Source: a virus. Taken from it: a stretch of DNA of 64,000 bases. The stretch covers positions 25,767 through 89,766 of the IMG/VR virus record IMGVR_UViG_3300034355_001150. One strand, 5' to 3'. Position numbers and translations under genes: made by a program. Below the pieces are notes generated by a model. It made no database searches, was not told the origin of the DNA, and worked only from the letters and a program-made list of their open reading frames with translations. Positions 29,120 through 39,302 of the stretch are shown piece after piece (the stretch's first letter is position 1; each line of letters opens with the position of its first letter).

Positions 29120-30013
29120 TCATATAATAATGAAGTATTTATCTGAAACCTCAAATTTCTTCAGAACAAGGCGCTCACCTTTCGCATTAGCTTCACCAAT
29201 CATACCTTCATCTGCCATCAGATTCACCAAGGCATGAACATACTTATCATTAAGGCGAAATTTCTTCTTCAGAATGTCATTAGTGATCTTCTTTTGGTGC
29301 AAAGTAAAGGTAGCTACCTTAAACCAAATCTTATCATCAGCATAACCTAACGTATGAACGTATGCCTTTATAAGAAGATTTCTATACTGATCGTCTTTTC
29401 TTTTATTCTTGATCCAATCATTGTAAAAATCAAGTGCCATTGCAATCAGAATAGTGCTTACAACGATAGTACCGATAATACCACCCAGATGAAGGTAAAC
29501 AAATTTAAGAATTATCACAATAAGAGCTACAAGAAGCACTGGAACAAAAAATGATGCAGCAGCGCCAACCAGTCCACCCACTATCATATCTGATATAAAT
29601 CCACCACCGTGGTGTGCATCAGCAAAAACGCCATAAATCATTCCGATAATTGTAAAAGGAATAATAGTAATTCCAGTGAATATACTACCCTGAGGAACCC
29701 ACTCTCTGTTTGATGTAGAAGAAGAAACACTTGAGGTAATTGACGAAACAGAATTGGAAACACTTGAGGTAATTGACGAAACAGAATTGGAAACACTTGA
29801 CGATGAACCTGCTAATGAAGATTTTGATCTCGAAGCGATATCGGAAAGTCCTTCAGAGGTAAGATCATAGCCTTGCATAAGAAAAATTGATCCTTTGCCA
29901 TAAGTAGCTTCGGCAATAGATGTTGCCATGCTCGTATTAAGAGCATCAATTTTTACATTAAAGGGATATTGACCATGAAGACGAATGGTAGCAAGAAATG
30001 AAGACATTGACAT
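29120..30013 (-). CDS. Membrane protein with Ser-rich linker and C-terminal FtsK-gamma-like winged helix
   Basis: Several hydrophobic segments, a 33-bp tandem repeat (~29724-29800), and C-terminal KVATFTLHQKKITNDILKKKFRLNDKYVHALVNLMADEGMIGEANAKGERLVL. Confidence 0.6.
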   Translation of the reverse strand: MSMSSFLATIRLHGQYPFNVKIDALNTSMATSIAEATYGKGSIFLMQGYDLTSEGLSDIASRSKSSLAGSSSSVSNSVSSITSSVSNSVSSITSSVSSSTSNREWVPQGSIFTGITIIPFTIIGMIYGVFADAHHGGGFISDMIVGGLVGAAASFFVPVLLVALIVIILKFVYLHLGGIIGTIVVSTILIAMALDFYNDWIKNKRKDDQYRNLLIKAYVHTLGYADDKIWFKVATFTLHQKKITNDILKKKFRLNDKYVHALVNLMADEGMIGEANAKGERLVLKKFEVSDKYFIII

Positions 30014-30046
30014 GATTTTTATCTCTCGTTGGTTGGTATGGAGAGT

Positions 30047-30074
30047 ATTATACAGAAAGATTCAGGAAAGTCAA
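30047..30074 (-). promoter_or_regulatory. Early promoter TTGACT-16-TATAAT
   Basis: TTGACTTTCCTGAATCTTTCTGTATAAT. The downstream leader resembles those at 26659 and 27118. Confidence 0.75.
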
Positions 30075-30254
30075 ATGTTTTTTATGAGAGAAGGATGAAC
30101 GCAATAGTTCATTATAATGGAGAAATTGTGGTAGTAGGTTCAGAGATGAGCGTAGCTCATCTGATGATTGGTTAGCACCAATCATCTTTTTTCTTACACG
30201 ATTAAAAGATAAATTCTTGTTTAATAAGAATATTATTGTTGAATAATGATGGAG

Positions 30255-30870
30255 GATAGTGAGATTTGAGATTACCTCACTTCGGGAGGATTGTGCTGGG
30301 TTTATGACAGCCCCCTTTCAGGGGACAATCATAATCTTCGGTTGGGACCGGAGGGATACAACAGGTAGGATTTTTTTGAACTCTTGGACGGGGGGCTCGC
30401 ACCCAACCCCGGTACCTACTGCGACTTTCTTATTAAGGGATTCCCTGGCGTTAATTTGGAATTCCCAGTCCTTCATCAAATAATGGTATTACTTGAAACA
30501 AGTTCAATAGACGATTGATTACTCAACCTCAAACCTATTACAGTGACGCAAAATTCCTTCTCCATAAGGAGAGGATTTTTAAAGGCATCCAGACACGCGA
30601 TGGACTGGGTAGTGCGCCAAGGCTTGGATGCGACCTCCAAAATTACGTTCCTCCACACAGCAGAGAGGCATTCCGTTGCCGAATTATCAGAGGAGCCGGC
30701 TATCTCCAAAAATCGCAGTGGGTGCCAGTTTTGTTTCCCACTCTGGCAAGTGGTTTGTAACGCTAGTTTAAAGGGCACCCGGTTACCTGGAGTCCACGGA
30801 GTAAGCTCTACCGCGAGGCGACGGTAATGATAATCAGATTATCTGCTTGCCCCGTCTGAACAAGCACTTT
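30255..30870 (-). ncRNA. Candidate large structured non-coding RNA (~600 nt), family unassigned
   Basis: Sits in a ~900-bp gap with no credible ORF and is visibly more GC-rich than its flanks. It has many hairpins, a long-range helix (30415-30428 with 30709-30722) and two promoters immediately upstream. Boundaries are approximate. Confidence 0.6.
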
Positions 30871-30911
30871 TATTTATACACAATACTACGCTTGTTCAGG
30901 AATCACGTCAA
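30871..30911 (-). promoter_or_regulatory. Tandem sigma70 (TTGACG-17-TAGTAT) and T4-late (TATAAATA) promoters
   Basis: -35 at 30906-30911, -10 at 30883-30888, TATAAATA at 30871-30878. The -10 and late box are flanked by the inverted repeat CTGAACAAGC (30856-30865 / 30890-30899). Confidence 0.7.
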
Positions 30912-30920
30912 GTAAAAAGG

Positions 30921-31304
30921 TCAAATGCCACGTATTTTCTTAATCTCAGTTTTCATGTCATCAACCGATATTTTTCCATCTACGTATGATATCAATAGCG
31001 ATTTAAATTCCTTGATAAATTTTTTAATCTCAGTGCTTTCATAAGTATCCAAGGCATTCTTAACATACTTTGCGATTATTGTGGGATTGTTTCCGATAGA
31101 ATATGTTGCAACATGTATTCTATTCTTAAACACCTTCATTCTACATTTGGTGTGGGGTAATTCGTCGGGTTGAGTGCGAGTCCATAGCGTGATGTTACCG
31201 GGAATACCAGTAACATCAGCAATCAGATTGCCCATTTCGGCAATGAATGTATCTTCTCGTAGATTCATTCTGAGCTTATTATGAGGTAATTCAGAAATTT
31301 TCAT
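30921..31304 (-). CDS. Hypothetical protein, paralog of 31301..31642
   Basis: Shares the EMxN...(T/S)G(I/L)PxNI...H..R(M/I)KV motif with its neighbour. ATGA overlap. Confidence 0.7.
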   Translation of the reverse strand: MKISELPHNKLRMNLREDTFIAEMGNLIADVTGIPGNITLWTRTQPDELPHTKCRMKVFKNRIHVATYSIGNNPTIIAKYVKNALDTYESTEIKKFIKEFKSLLISYVDGKISVDDMKTEIKKIRGI

Positions 31305-31642
31305 AATGAACGTAGTTCTTGAACCATTTCTGTGGTATCAATCTCGTCATTCCAATATTTCATCAATACATCGTAGTTTTTGTTGATGTATTCCCTTAGT
31401 GCATTTAATACATCATTGGTGAGTGTATCGTAACCGATTACATCATCCTGCGTGATGTTTCTTTTTAGTATAACGCTAACTGTTTCGTGTGGATTAAAAT
31501 TATCATCAGTGTTGGTCATAACCTTAATTCTCGGTCCGTGACGTTTATTCACGCTGCCGCCGCTACTGACATAAATGTTTACGGGCAATCCGGAAGTCCT
31601 TTTCCAGATATTGCTCATCTCAAATAGATCATCAACGAACAT
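31301..31642 (-). CDS. Hypothetical protein (DUF4160-like fold possible)
   Basis: EMSNIWKRTSGLPVNIYV...HGPRIKV...YINKNYDVLMKYWN. Confidence 0.7.
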   Translation of the reverse strand: MFVDDLFEMSNIWKRTSGLPVNIYVSSGGSVNKRHGPRIKVMTNTDDNFNPHETVSVILKRNITQDDVIGYDTLTNDVLNALREYINKNYDVLMKYWNDEIDTTEMVQELRSL

Positions 31643-31643
31643 T

Positions 31644-32234
31644 TCAGATACTATTTCTATCTACGATGATTTTATCAGCCAATCCATAGGCAACCGATTC
31701 TTCCGCTGACATAAATGTATCTCTGTCCATATCTCGTTCAAATTCTGCATAAGTTTTACCAGCAGAATTATGATTAACGTAGATATTAGTGAGTGTTTCT
31801 TTTACCTTCTGAATTTCTTTTGCTTGAATCTGAATATCAGATGCCATGCCGCTCGCACCACCGCTCGGTTGATGAATCATGTGCCTTGCATTGGGTAACA
31901 TAATTCGCTTACCCGGTGAACCAGCAGTAGCTAATAACGAACCCATACTACATGCCTGTCCAGTCACGATAGTAGATACATCGGGCTTGATGAATCGCAT
32001 AGTATCGTAGATTGCCATTCCAGCGGTTACTTCACCTCCACCAGAGTTGATATACATAAATATGTCGGTTTCTGTATCTTCGGCCTCTAAAAATAGCAAT
32101 TGAGCTACCACAACATGGCTCATTTCAGTGTGAATAGAACCATTTAAAAATATAATTCTTTCTTTCAATAGCCTGGAAAAAATATCATAACTTCGTTCAG
32201 AAGTGGCTGTTTTTTCTATTACAAATGGAATCAT
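31644..32234 (-). CDS. clpP: ATP-dependent Clp protease proteolytic subunit
   Basis: SYDIFSRLLKERIIFL, YINSGGG, GQACSMGS (catalytic Ser), MIHQPSGG and RDTFMSAEESVAYGLAD. Confidence 0.97.
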   Translation of the reverse strand: MIPFVIEKTATSERSYDIFSRLLKERIIFLNGSIHTEMSHVVVAQLLFLEAEDTETDIFMYINSGGGEVTAGMAIYDTMRFIKPDVSTIVTGQACSMGSLLATAGSPGKRIMLPNARHMIHQPSGGASGMASDIQIQAKEIQKVKETLTNIYVNHNSAGKTYAEFERDMDRDTFMSAEESVAYGLADKIIVDRNSI

Positions 32235-32249
32235 TTATTTTCCCTCATG

Positions 32250-32645
32250 TTAAGATTCTGTTCCCTCTGATTCTTCTACGCAAAACTCAACCGATTCTTT
32301 AGTTAGTGTGCGTAATGCATCTTTTTCTATATACAGTCTGCGAACAACATCCTCAAGACTCTTATATTCATTAACTGAGATATGTCCTTGCGCTCCCTCG
32401 GCCAAAAATACCATGTCCCAATAGTTTTTAGCAGTCAAAAAGATATTGGCCGCTATAATCATTTGATTTTTATCTTCTTTGTCTTTTGTACCGGATGCAA
32501 AAACAGCAGCAGAATTCATTGCTTCTGTTAATACAACTGAGCATATTCTCGCCCTGCCAAATTTGGTATATTTTTCAATTTCCTGAGACAAAGATGCAGA
32601 TGATATACAAATCAATCCGCATCCTATAATGTGTTTAATTTTCAT
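32250..32645 (-). CDS. Hypothetical exported protein
   Basis: N-terminal signal-peptide-like segment, packed tightly in the operon. Confidence 0.6.
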   Translation of the reverse strand: MKIKHIIGCGLICISSASLSQEIEKYTKFGRARICSVVLTEAMNSAAVFASGTKDKEDKNQMIIAANIFLTAKNYWDMVFLAEGAQGHISVNEYKSLEDVVRRLYIEKDALRTLTKESVEFCVEESEGTES

Positions 32646-32889
32646 TTATTAGTGATAGTAGTAATTCACGATGATGATACACCGTTCCACTCAAGTATAT
32701 CACCAACAATCCGATGTTGACCAGAAAAATGTTGAAATCTCTCACTCGCCATGCCCACAACGCATACAACAATGCACCAAAATTACTGATGTAGATATTA
32801 AGTGGGGCTATCTGAAATGCAGTCAGAGTAGCCCCAATCAATGCAACAATCAAACCAAAATTTTTAATTACGCTATTAAGCATAATCAA
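32635..32889 (-). CDS. Small multi-pass membrane protein
   Basis: Three hydrophobic segments. Confidence 0.6.
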   Translation of the reverse strand: MIMLNSVIKNFGLIVALIGATLTAFQIAPLNIYISNFGALLYALWAWRVRDFNIFLVNIGLLVIYLSGTVYHHRELLLSLINEN

Positions 32890-33040
32890 AATCTTCTAAT
32901 GATGCTGCATAAGCATGTTCAAGAAAATCAATCTGCCATTGAATTTCTTGGAGAGATTCTACTGTGAGTTCTTCGGATTCAAATTGCTCATACAATGAAT
33001 TCAGTTCGGTCTTGATAGAAGCGTTGTCTGAAATAATCAT
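32876..33040 (-). CDS. Small acidic early protein (start MIISDNA)
   Basis: GGAG RBS, directly behind the promoter at 33077-33104. Confidence 0.55.
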   Translation of the reverse strand: MIISDNASIKTELNSLYEQFESEELTVESLQEIQWQIDFLEHAYAASLEDFDYA

Positions 33041-33076
33041 CTTAGGTTCTCCGTGGTTGGTGTTGATGATGGGTGA

Positions 33077-33104
33077 ATTATACACGCAAACCAAAAGATG
33101 TCAA
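33077..33104 (-). promoter_or_regulatory. Early promoter TTGACA-16-TATAAT
   Basis: TTGACATCTTTTGGTTTGCGTGTATAAT. Confidence 0.75.
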
Positions 33105-33110
33105 GCGTTT

Positions 33111-33683
33111 TTAGCTTTTCAATAAAGATTTCACGTTCTTCATGGTGTCCATGAGGATATTTTCCGCCCCACTCAACTCGGAGAACAGTTCGCCAACATG
33201 ATCAACAACAACCCACTGAACTTTAGGATATGAGCGTATCACTTCGCTGACCAAATTTCTATAGTTGGTTAACTTAGTTCCGATTGTTGAATCATCTTCA
33301 GTGCTCCAATCAAATCCATATAATATAACAATATCAGATGATACACTGGCTAAGTGCATTGCGATTATTTCTTCATGATTGATGACATCATGGGCAAATT
33401 CACCATGAAAATAGGTTACTTTGGGCATTACACCAAATTTTTCCTCACACTTTACCGGAAGATAAAGCATATTGGCTACCTGATTGAATCGTTTTCTTAT
33501 TAGCTTATCTGCCTCAGACGAATCATAGCAAATGATATTATCAGTTTTACACGTATGCCATGTTTTCCAACTACCCCAAAATTGTCCGCTTGCTTTTAGC
33601 GCAGCAACATCCTCGGTTGGGTCCATGACTGTATCGTTGGCGAATACCCAATTTATTTTCATTTTACGATCAACGCTGTCCAA
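33111..33683 (-). CDS. Hypothetical protein (nucleotide-sugar/glycosyltransferase-like fold possible)
   Basis: AMHLA..SDIVILYGFD motif. Probable start MKINW. Confidence 0.55.
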   Translation of the reverse strand: MDSVDRKMKINWVFANDTVMDPTEDVAALKASGQFWGSWKTWHTCKTDNIICYDSSEADKLIRKRFNQVANMLYLPVKCEEKFGVMPKVTYFHGEFAHDVINHEEIIAMHLASVSSDIVILYGFDWSTEDDSTIGTKLTNYRNLVSEVIRSYPKVQWVVVDHVGELFSELSGAENILMDTMKNVKSLLKS

Positions 33684-34012
33684 TTTTCTGATGGAGGGGT
33701 TTCTGTAAATTCAGCAATACGACGCTTAATATCATCGTAAAAACTGTTTACTTCTCCGCTCCAAAATCCATACAATGATTCTATACATTGCAAGCAATCG
33801 TCCCACTTTTTTTCTTTATACGCTTCAATCATGTCTTTATGTAATTCACTCATTTCTGCATTGAGTGACATTTCCTCAACAGGAACAGTTTCAATGACGC
33901 AAAAAGCCGTAGATGTTTCTGGCTTATCCTTAAACAAGAACGTATCAAGTTCAAGAATGGTGTACTTAGTTGACAGACGTTCTGCTGATTCGTGACCGAA
34001 AATAATATTCAT
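33659..34012 (-). CDS. Protein resembling the C-terminal part of class III adenylate cyclases
   Basis: IIFGHESAERL..KYTILELDTF..K...YKEKKWDDC...RRIAEF..TPPSENWTAL pattern. No catalytic N-terminal half. Confidence 0.5.
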   Translation of the reverse strand: MNIIFGHESAERLSTKYTILELDTFLFKDKPETSTAFCVIETVPVEEMSLNAEMSELHKDMIEAYKEKKWDDCLQCIESLYGFWSGEVNSFYDDIKRRIAEFTETPPSENWTALIVK

Positions 34013-34059
34013 GCGCTCTCCAATTTGCTAAATATACTATATTTATATTATTCTAAACC

Positions 34060-34851
34060 ATGACAACAATTTTGTGCGATATCGTTTCGGATTTACACAT
34101 CACACACGCAGATGATTTTAACTGGGAAGGCCAGCCTACCAGTCCATTTTGTATCGTTGCCGGTGATGTAGCCAGAGATAGGACTATTCTTAAATCTGTT
34201 TTAACTCATTTGGGTCAATGCTATCAGCAAGTGTTTTACATTGATGGCAACGATGAACATCGTGATTATCTTGAGGATTTGGATGCAAGCTACGATCATT
34301 TAGGTGATATGCTTGCTGGAATCAATAACGTAGTTTATCTACGTGACGAGATTGTTGTTCTCAACGGAGCAGCTATTATTGCAGCCAATGGATGGTGGAC
34401 ATATGATTTTGATCCTATGATTAGTGTTGATTCCGCTCTTCAAGGCTATTGTGATTATACCGGCATTTCCAGAGAAGCTGCCCTCAAAATAGTAGAGAAG
34501 GCTTATGAAGATTCCTGTTACTTAGTAAACAGTGTTCAAAAGATTCAGAGACATCCCGATATCAAGGTGGCTACGATCATTAGCCATACATTGCCGTGTA
34601 CAACACTTATAAATCATGATATTTCGTTAGTGGGAGAGCCAAGATTTAATTGCATGGGCAATCAACACATGAATCAAGTGTTTCAAGCTGATTTAGAATC
34701 TAAAATAAAAGTGTGGGGAATGGGACATTATCATTATTGTATTGATCGTGAATTGAATGGCGTAAGATATATGAGTAATGTTAGGGGACGTGCTAATACA
34801 CCATGGTATCAACACGCCTTTTACCCTAAACGAATTACGTTTGATAATTAA
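34060..34851 (+). CDS. Calcineurin-like metallophosphoesterase
   Basis: VSDLH, AGDV, GNDEH, SHTLP and GHYH metal-binding motifs. Confidence 0.9.
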   Translation: MTTILCDIVSDLHITHADDFNWEGQPTSPFCIVAGDVARDRTILKSVLTHLGQCYQQVFYIDGNDEHRDYLEDLDASYDHLGDMLAGINNVVYLRDEIVVLNGAAIIAANGWWTYDFDPMISVDSALQGYCDYTGISREAALKIVEKAYEDSCYLVNSVQKIQRHPDIKVATIISHTLPCTTLINHDISLVGEPRFNCMGNQHMNQVFQADLESKIKVWGMGHYHYCIDRELNGVRYMSNVRGRANTPWYQHAFYPKRITFDN

Positions 34852-35153
34852 GCATCAGGCTCAATTTTCACTTGCAGCGGATAGTTTTGCGTTCTTGCAG
34901 CTAAAGTAACTTCAATACCGCGTTGTTCCGCTATTTCAAATGGTAATACAGCAACAACAGCCGAACCTTTTTCGTGTATATCTTGTGTGATATAAATCGC
35001 GGTTTCAGCAGTATAATTGAAGTAATCAATAAGTGTTTCAATAACGAATTCAACCGTGGTCGTATTATCGTTAATATATACCACTCTGAACAACGGCGGT
35101 TCTTTAATTGCTACTTCTGGCCTAACAAGTACCGCTGGATCTGCATTTCCCAT
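34848..35153 (-). CDS. clpS: ATP-dependent Clp protease adaptor ClpS
   Basis: PPLFRVVYINDNTTTVEFVIETL...IHEKGSAVVAV.PFEIAE...YPLQVKIE. Confidence 0.93.
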   Translation of the reverse strand: MGNADPAVLVRPEVAIKEPPLFRVVYINDNTTTVEFVIETLIDYFNYTAETAIYITQDIHEKGSAVVAVLPFEIAEQRGIEVTLAARTQNYPLQVKIEPDA

Positions 35154-35184
35154 ATAATTATTCCCTTTGTAAAAATGTATTTAT

Positions 35185-35631
35185 CTACGAAGCATATGTA
35201 ATAGGAATACTTTTTGGCTTTTCAATCTCCGGAATAAGTCGCTGAACCCTAACATTCAGAATTCCGTCCTTTACATTAGCATCCAATACTTCTACATTAT
35301 CGGCCAATGTCCATGTCCGAATAAATTTTCTTGCCGAGATACCATGATGAACATAGTTTACCTCGGTTGTATCTTCATTAAATGCTTTTTCACCTGAAAT
35401 AACCAGTAGACCGTTTTCAATCTTTACTTCAAGTTCGCTGATATTAAAGCCAGCAACTGCTACTTGTACCTCAGTTTCGGTTTCACTTAGCTTAATAATA
35501 TTATAAGGCGGATAGTTACCGTGTTGACCATTTTGATTTTCAATTGAATCCAAAATGCGTGTAATAATCCTATCAGCACCAAGAGCATGCCGATGAGCAT
35601 TGGTAAAATCGGTTGATGTTAATCTAGACAT
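35185..35631 (-). CDS. hsp20: Small heat-shock protein (Hsp20/IbpA family)
   Basis: NYPPYNIIK, VAVAGF, YVHHGISARKFIRTWTLADNVEV and DGIL motifs. Confidence 0.95.
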   Translation of the reverse strand: MSRLTSTDFTNAHRHALGADRIITRILDSIENQNGQHGNYPPYNIIKLSETETEVQVAVAGFNISELEVKIENGLLVISGEKAFNEDTTEVNYVHHGISARKFIRTWTLADNVEVLDANVKDGILNVRVQRLIPEIEKPKSIPITYAS

Positions 35632-35640
35632 TTGTTTTTT

Positions 35641-35658
35641 CTCCTAAGTTAGCGAGTA
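35641..35658 (-). promoter_or_regulatory. ROSE-like RNA thermometer (UCGCU paired to AGGA SD) of hsp20
   Basis: - strand reads TACTCGCT-AACTT-AGGAG upstream of the ATG. U(U/C)GCU is the ROSE hallmark of ibpA-type leaders. Confidence 0.7.
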
Positions 35659-35746
35659 TTTTACTTCCCTTTACGGCAAAGTTAAGTGGGAGAAGTATAT
35701 TTTAATCGCCCCTCTCCCGTTTGGCGACTCCCATCCCGATGGGATA

Positions 35747-37378
<1,632 letters not shown>

Positions 37379-37684
37379 TTAGTTTTCTCCTCTAATAATT
37401 GCAACCACTTCGTCTTCGCGAAGAATATGATAATTTTTACTCTCTACTGTAACCGTTTGGCCAGCGTGTTTGCTAAACAGAACACGATCACCAACACTAA
37501 TGACCAACGGAACAATAGTACCATCTTCGGCGATACGACCAGAACCGACACCCAATACTACCGCTTGAGTGGGTTTTTCGTTTGCGGAATCTGGAATAAC
37601 CAATCCAAATTCAGTCACGGTTTCATTTTCAATAAGCTCAACTACGATTCTATCGCGAATTGGCTGAACAGGACATGTACTCAT
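37379..37684 (-). CDS. groES: Co-chaperonin GroES
   Basis: PIRDRIVV...[12 protein letters not shown]...VGSGR...[12 protein letters not shown]...REDEVVAII. Confidence 0.97.
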   Translation of the reverse strand: MSTCPVQPIRDRIVVELIENETVTEFGLVIPDSANEKPTQAVVLGVGSGRIAEDGTIVPLVISVGDRVLFSKHAGQTVTVESKNYHILREDEVVAIIRGEN

Positions 37685-37719
37685 TTATTTCTCCATTAAA
37701 TTTTAGGCAAGTTTGTCTT

Positions 37720-37751
37720 TGAATCGCTTGAATAGATATTCAAGCGATTCA
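37720..37751. repeat. Perfect 15-bp inverted repeat upstream of groES
   Basis: TGAATCGCTTGAATA-GA-TATTCAAGCGATTCA. Could be a terminator, processing site or operator. Confidence 0.75.
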
Positions 37752-37981
37752 TTTGGGTGAGTTTACTATCGGGAATGTTGCATCGCCCTTAATAGGCGAT
37801 TTTTCTTTCTACTTTGATTTATTCCCTGTCGCATACAAGGGGTGAGTAGCCTCATAAAGCTACTCAATAGTGGCCCTGATCTTTTCAGGATTTTTTGAAT
37901 TCTTTGTTGTTTCCAACGACAATATGGTCTTCTGAATATGACCATGACTTTTCTTGGACATGGTGTCTTTTTTCTTTTCAT
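37749..37981 (-). pseudogene. Probable degraded dnaK 3' remnant
   Basis: An alternative frame reads KKDTMSKKSHGHIQKTILSLETTKNSKNPEKIRATIE*LYEATHPLYA...KGDATFPIVNSPK*, resembling the DnaK lid and DAEF tail. A heat-shock-type leader lies upstream. Confidence 0.45.
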
Positions 37982-38102
37982 TATGTTTCTCCTTAAATCA
38001 AGCGAGTATTACTTATGAACCCATATAGGCATTCATATATTCACTATCATTAGACTAATAATAGCGTCTGAAGTTCAATAATTCAAGTACAAAGTTGAAA
38101 TT

Positions 38103-39230
38103 CTAAACTTCAGAAAAATGTTTCTCAATGAAATCAGCTTCTTCCCAGGGATAGTGTTGAATCAATCCTTCTACTAGCAAATGATGCTGTTCTTTCAACG
38201 TATGAGTTGGGTTTAGTCCCTTCCAAACCTTTGCGGCTTCTTTAGCACTTACTTTTATTCCATTGACATGAATATCCTTGTTGAGATCAAGTAGTTGTTC
38301 AACGGGAATTCTATCAATGCTATTTAGCTTTAGGTCATCGCTGATACTAATAAATGCCTCATCATTAACTGCTTCAGAAACAAAGTCTTTTATAGTATCG
38401 GTTGATATTATGGTAGCTTTTTCTGAATCAGAAAAATGAGTGATTGTTTTCCCATCAGACGAGTTAGTTCTATCTTCTTTTCTCCACTTAAATCCCTCAT
38501 TGGCCGCTAATACCATTGTAATAGCCAATGGATCAAACACGATCACCAACATAATAATTAACCATCTGACAGCTTTTTCAAGCGTGTTAGTATCAGGATT
38601 ATCGCCATATACCATAGCTGCCAAATATTTTATTGGTCCTACCTCCGCTTCTACTTGCCTCATTTCAGCAGCAATCGGCGCTCTCTGATCGTTCAATTGA
38701 ACTATTTTTTCCTGAGATAACGTAATTGATTTCTGAATGTCATTGCGTTCTTTAGTCAGATTTTTTCTTAATTGAAACGCTCTGCCAACAGCGGACTCAG
38801 AAGTAGACCGAGCAATAGTTTCATTAACACCATTGCTCATTTGGGATAATGTTTTTCTATTTTCCTCTATGTTGTTTTTTTCTATCTGAATCTTTTCATC
38901 AAGGATTGCTAATTGAGACAAAACATTGCCTGATACAAGATTCTGAGAACTATGAGCTTTGGACAATAATCCAAATATGCCAATACTGGTTATCGTTGAT
39001 AAAACTATCACGGACGCAACCAAATACGTTTTCATGGTCCATTTACATCTTTTCCAATAATGATGAAGCCATACTGCTGTTGTTACTTTAGCCACCTCCA
39101 TTGAGGCTGACATAATGATAACAGGCAAAGGAGCGGCAGAAAAGATGGTAGCTAATCCGATTACACTATAATAGGCCGCGATTCCAGACAACGTTAACGC
39201 AACAAATAGCGTCCATAGCGATAAAAACAT
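38103..39230 (-). CDS. Membrane protein with long coiled coil
   Basis: Three N-terminal TM segments, coiled coil, EAEVGPIKY motif and another TM (VFDPLA). GCTAAATA box at 39277-39284. Confidence 0.75.
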   Translation of the reverse strand: MFLSLWTLFVALTLSGIAAYYSVIGLATIFSAAPLPVIIMSASMEVAKVTTAVWLHHYWKRCKWTMKTYLVASVIVLSTITSIGIFGLLSKAHSSQNLVSGNVLSQLAILDEKIQIEKNNIEENRKTLSQMSNGVNETIARSTSESAVGRAFQLRKNLTKERNDIQKSITLSQEKIVQLNDQRAPIAAEMRQVEAEVGPIKYLAAMVYGDNPDTNTLEKAVRWLIIMLVIVFDPLAITMVLAANEGFKWRKEDRTNSSDGKTITHFSDSEKATIISTDTIKDFVSEAVNDEAFISISDDLKLNSIDRIPVEQLLDLNKDIHVNGIKVSAKEAAKVWKGLNPTHTLKEQHHLLVEGLIQHYPWEEADFIEKHFSEV

Positions 39231-39302
39231 AACAATATCCTCTACAATAATAATTGAGTTGCAATTCTCAATCTATTATTTAGCGAAAATGTCATGAAAT
39301 TT

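Noticed and set aside
30259-30827. Short ORFs in the track (30259, 30476, 30515, 30543)
   Set aside because: They overlap one another, have atypical composition and match no recognised family. The region is better explained as structured RNA.
30255-30870. tmRNA, RNase P RNA, group I/II intron or tRNA cluster
   Set aside because: No tRNA-like ends or T-loops, RNase P P4 consensus or intron core recognised, and no interrupted host gene. A covariance search is still needed.
37766-37981. 71-aa basic ORF as a real protein, and TAG recoding implied by in-frame TAGs in the other frame
   Set aside because: The ORF looks like an off-frame read of a decayed gene. TAG terminates clear genes elsewhere (e.g. 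hsp20, nrdA N-half, PAAR) and long genes are uninterrupted, so the standard code applies.
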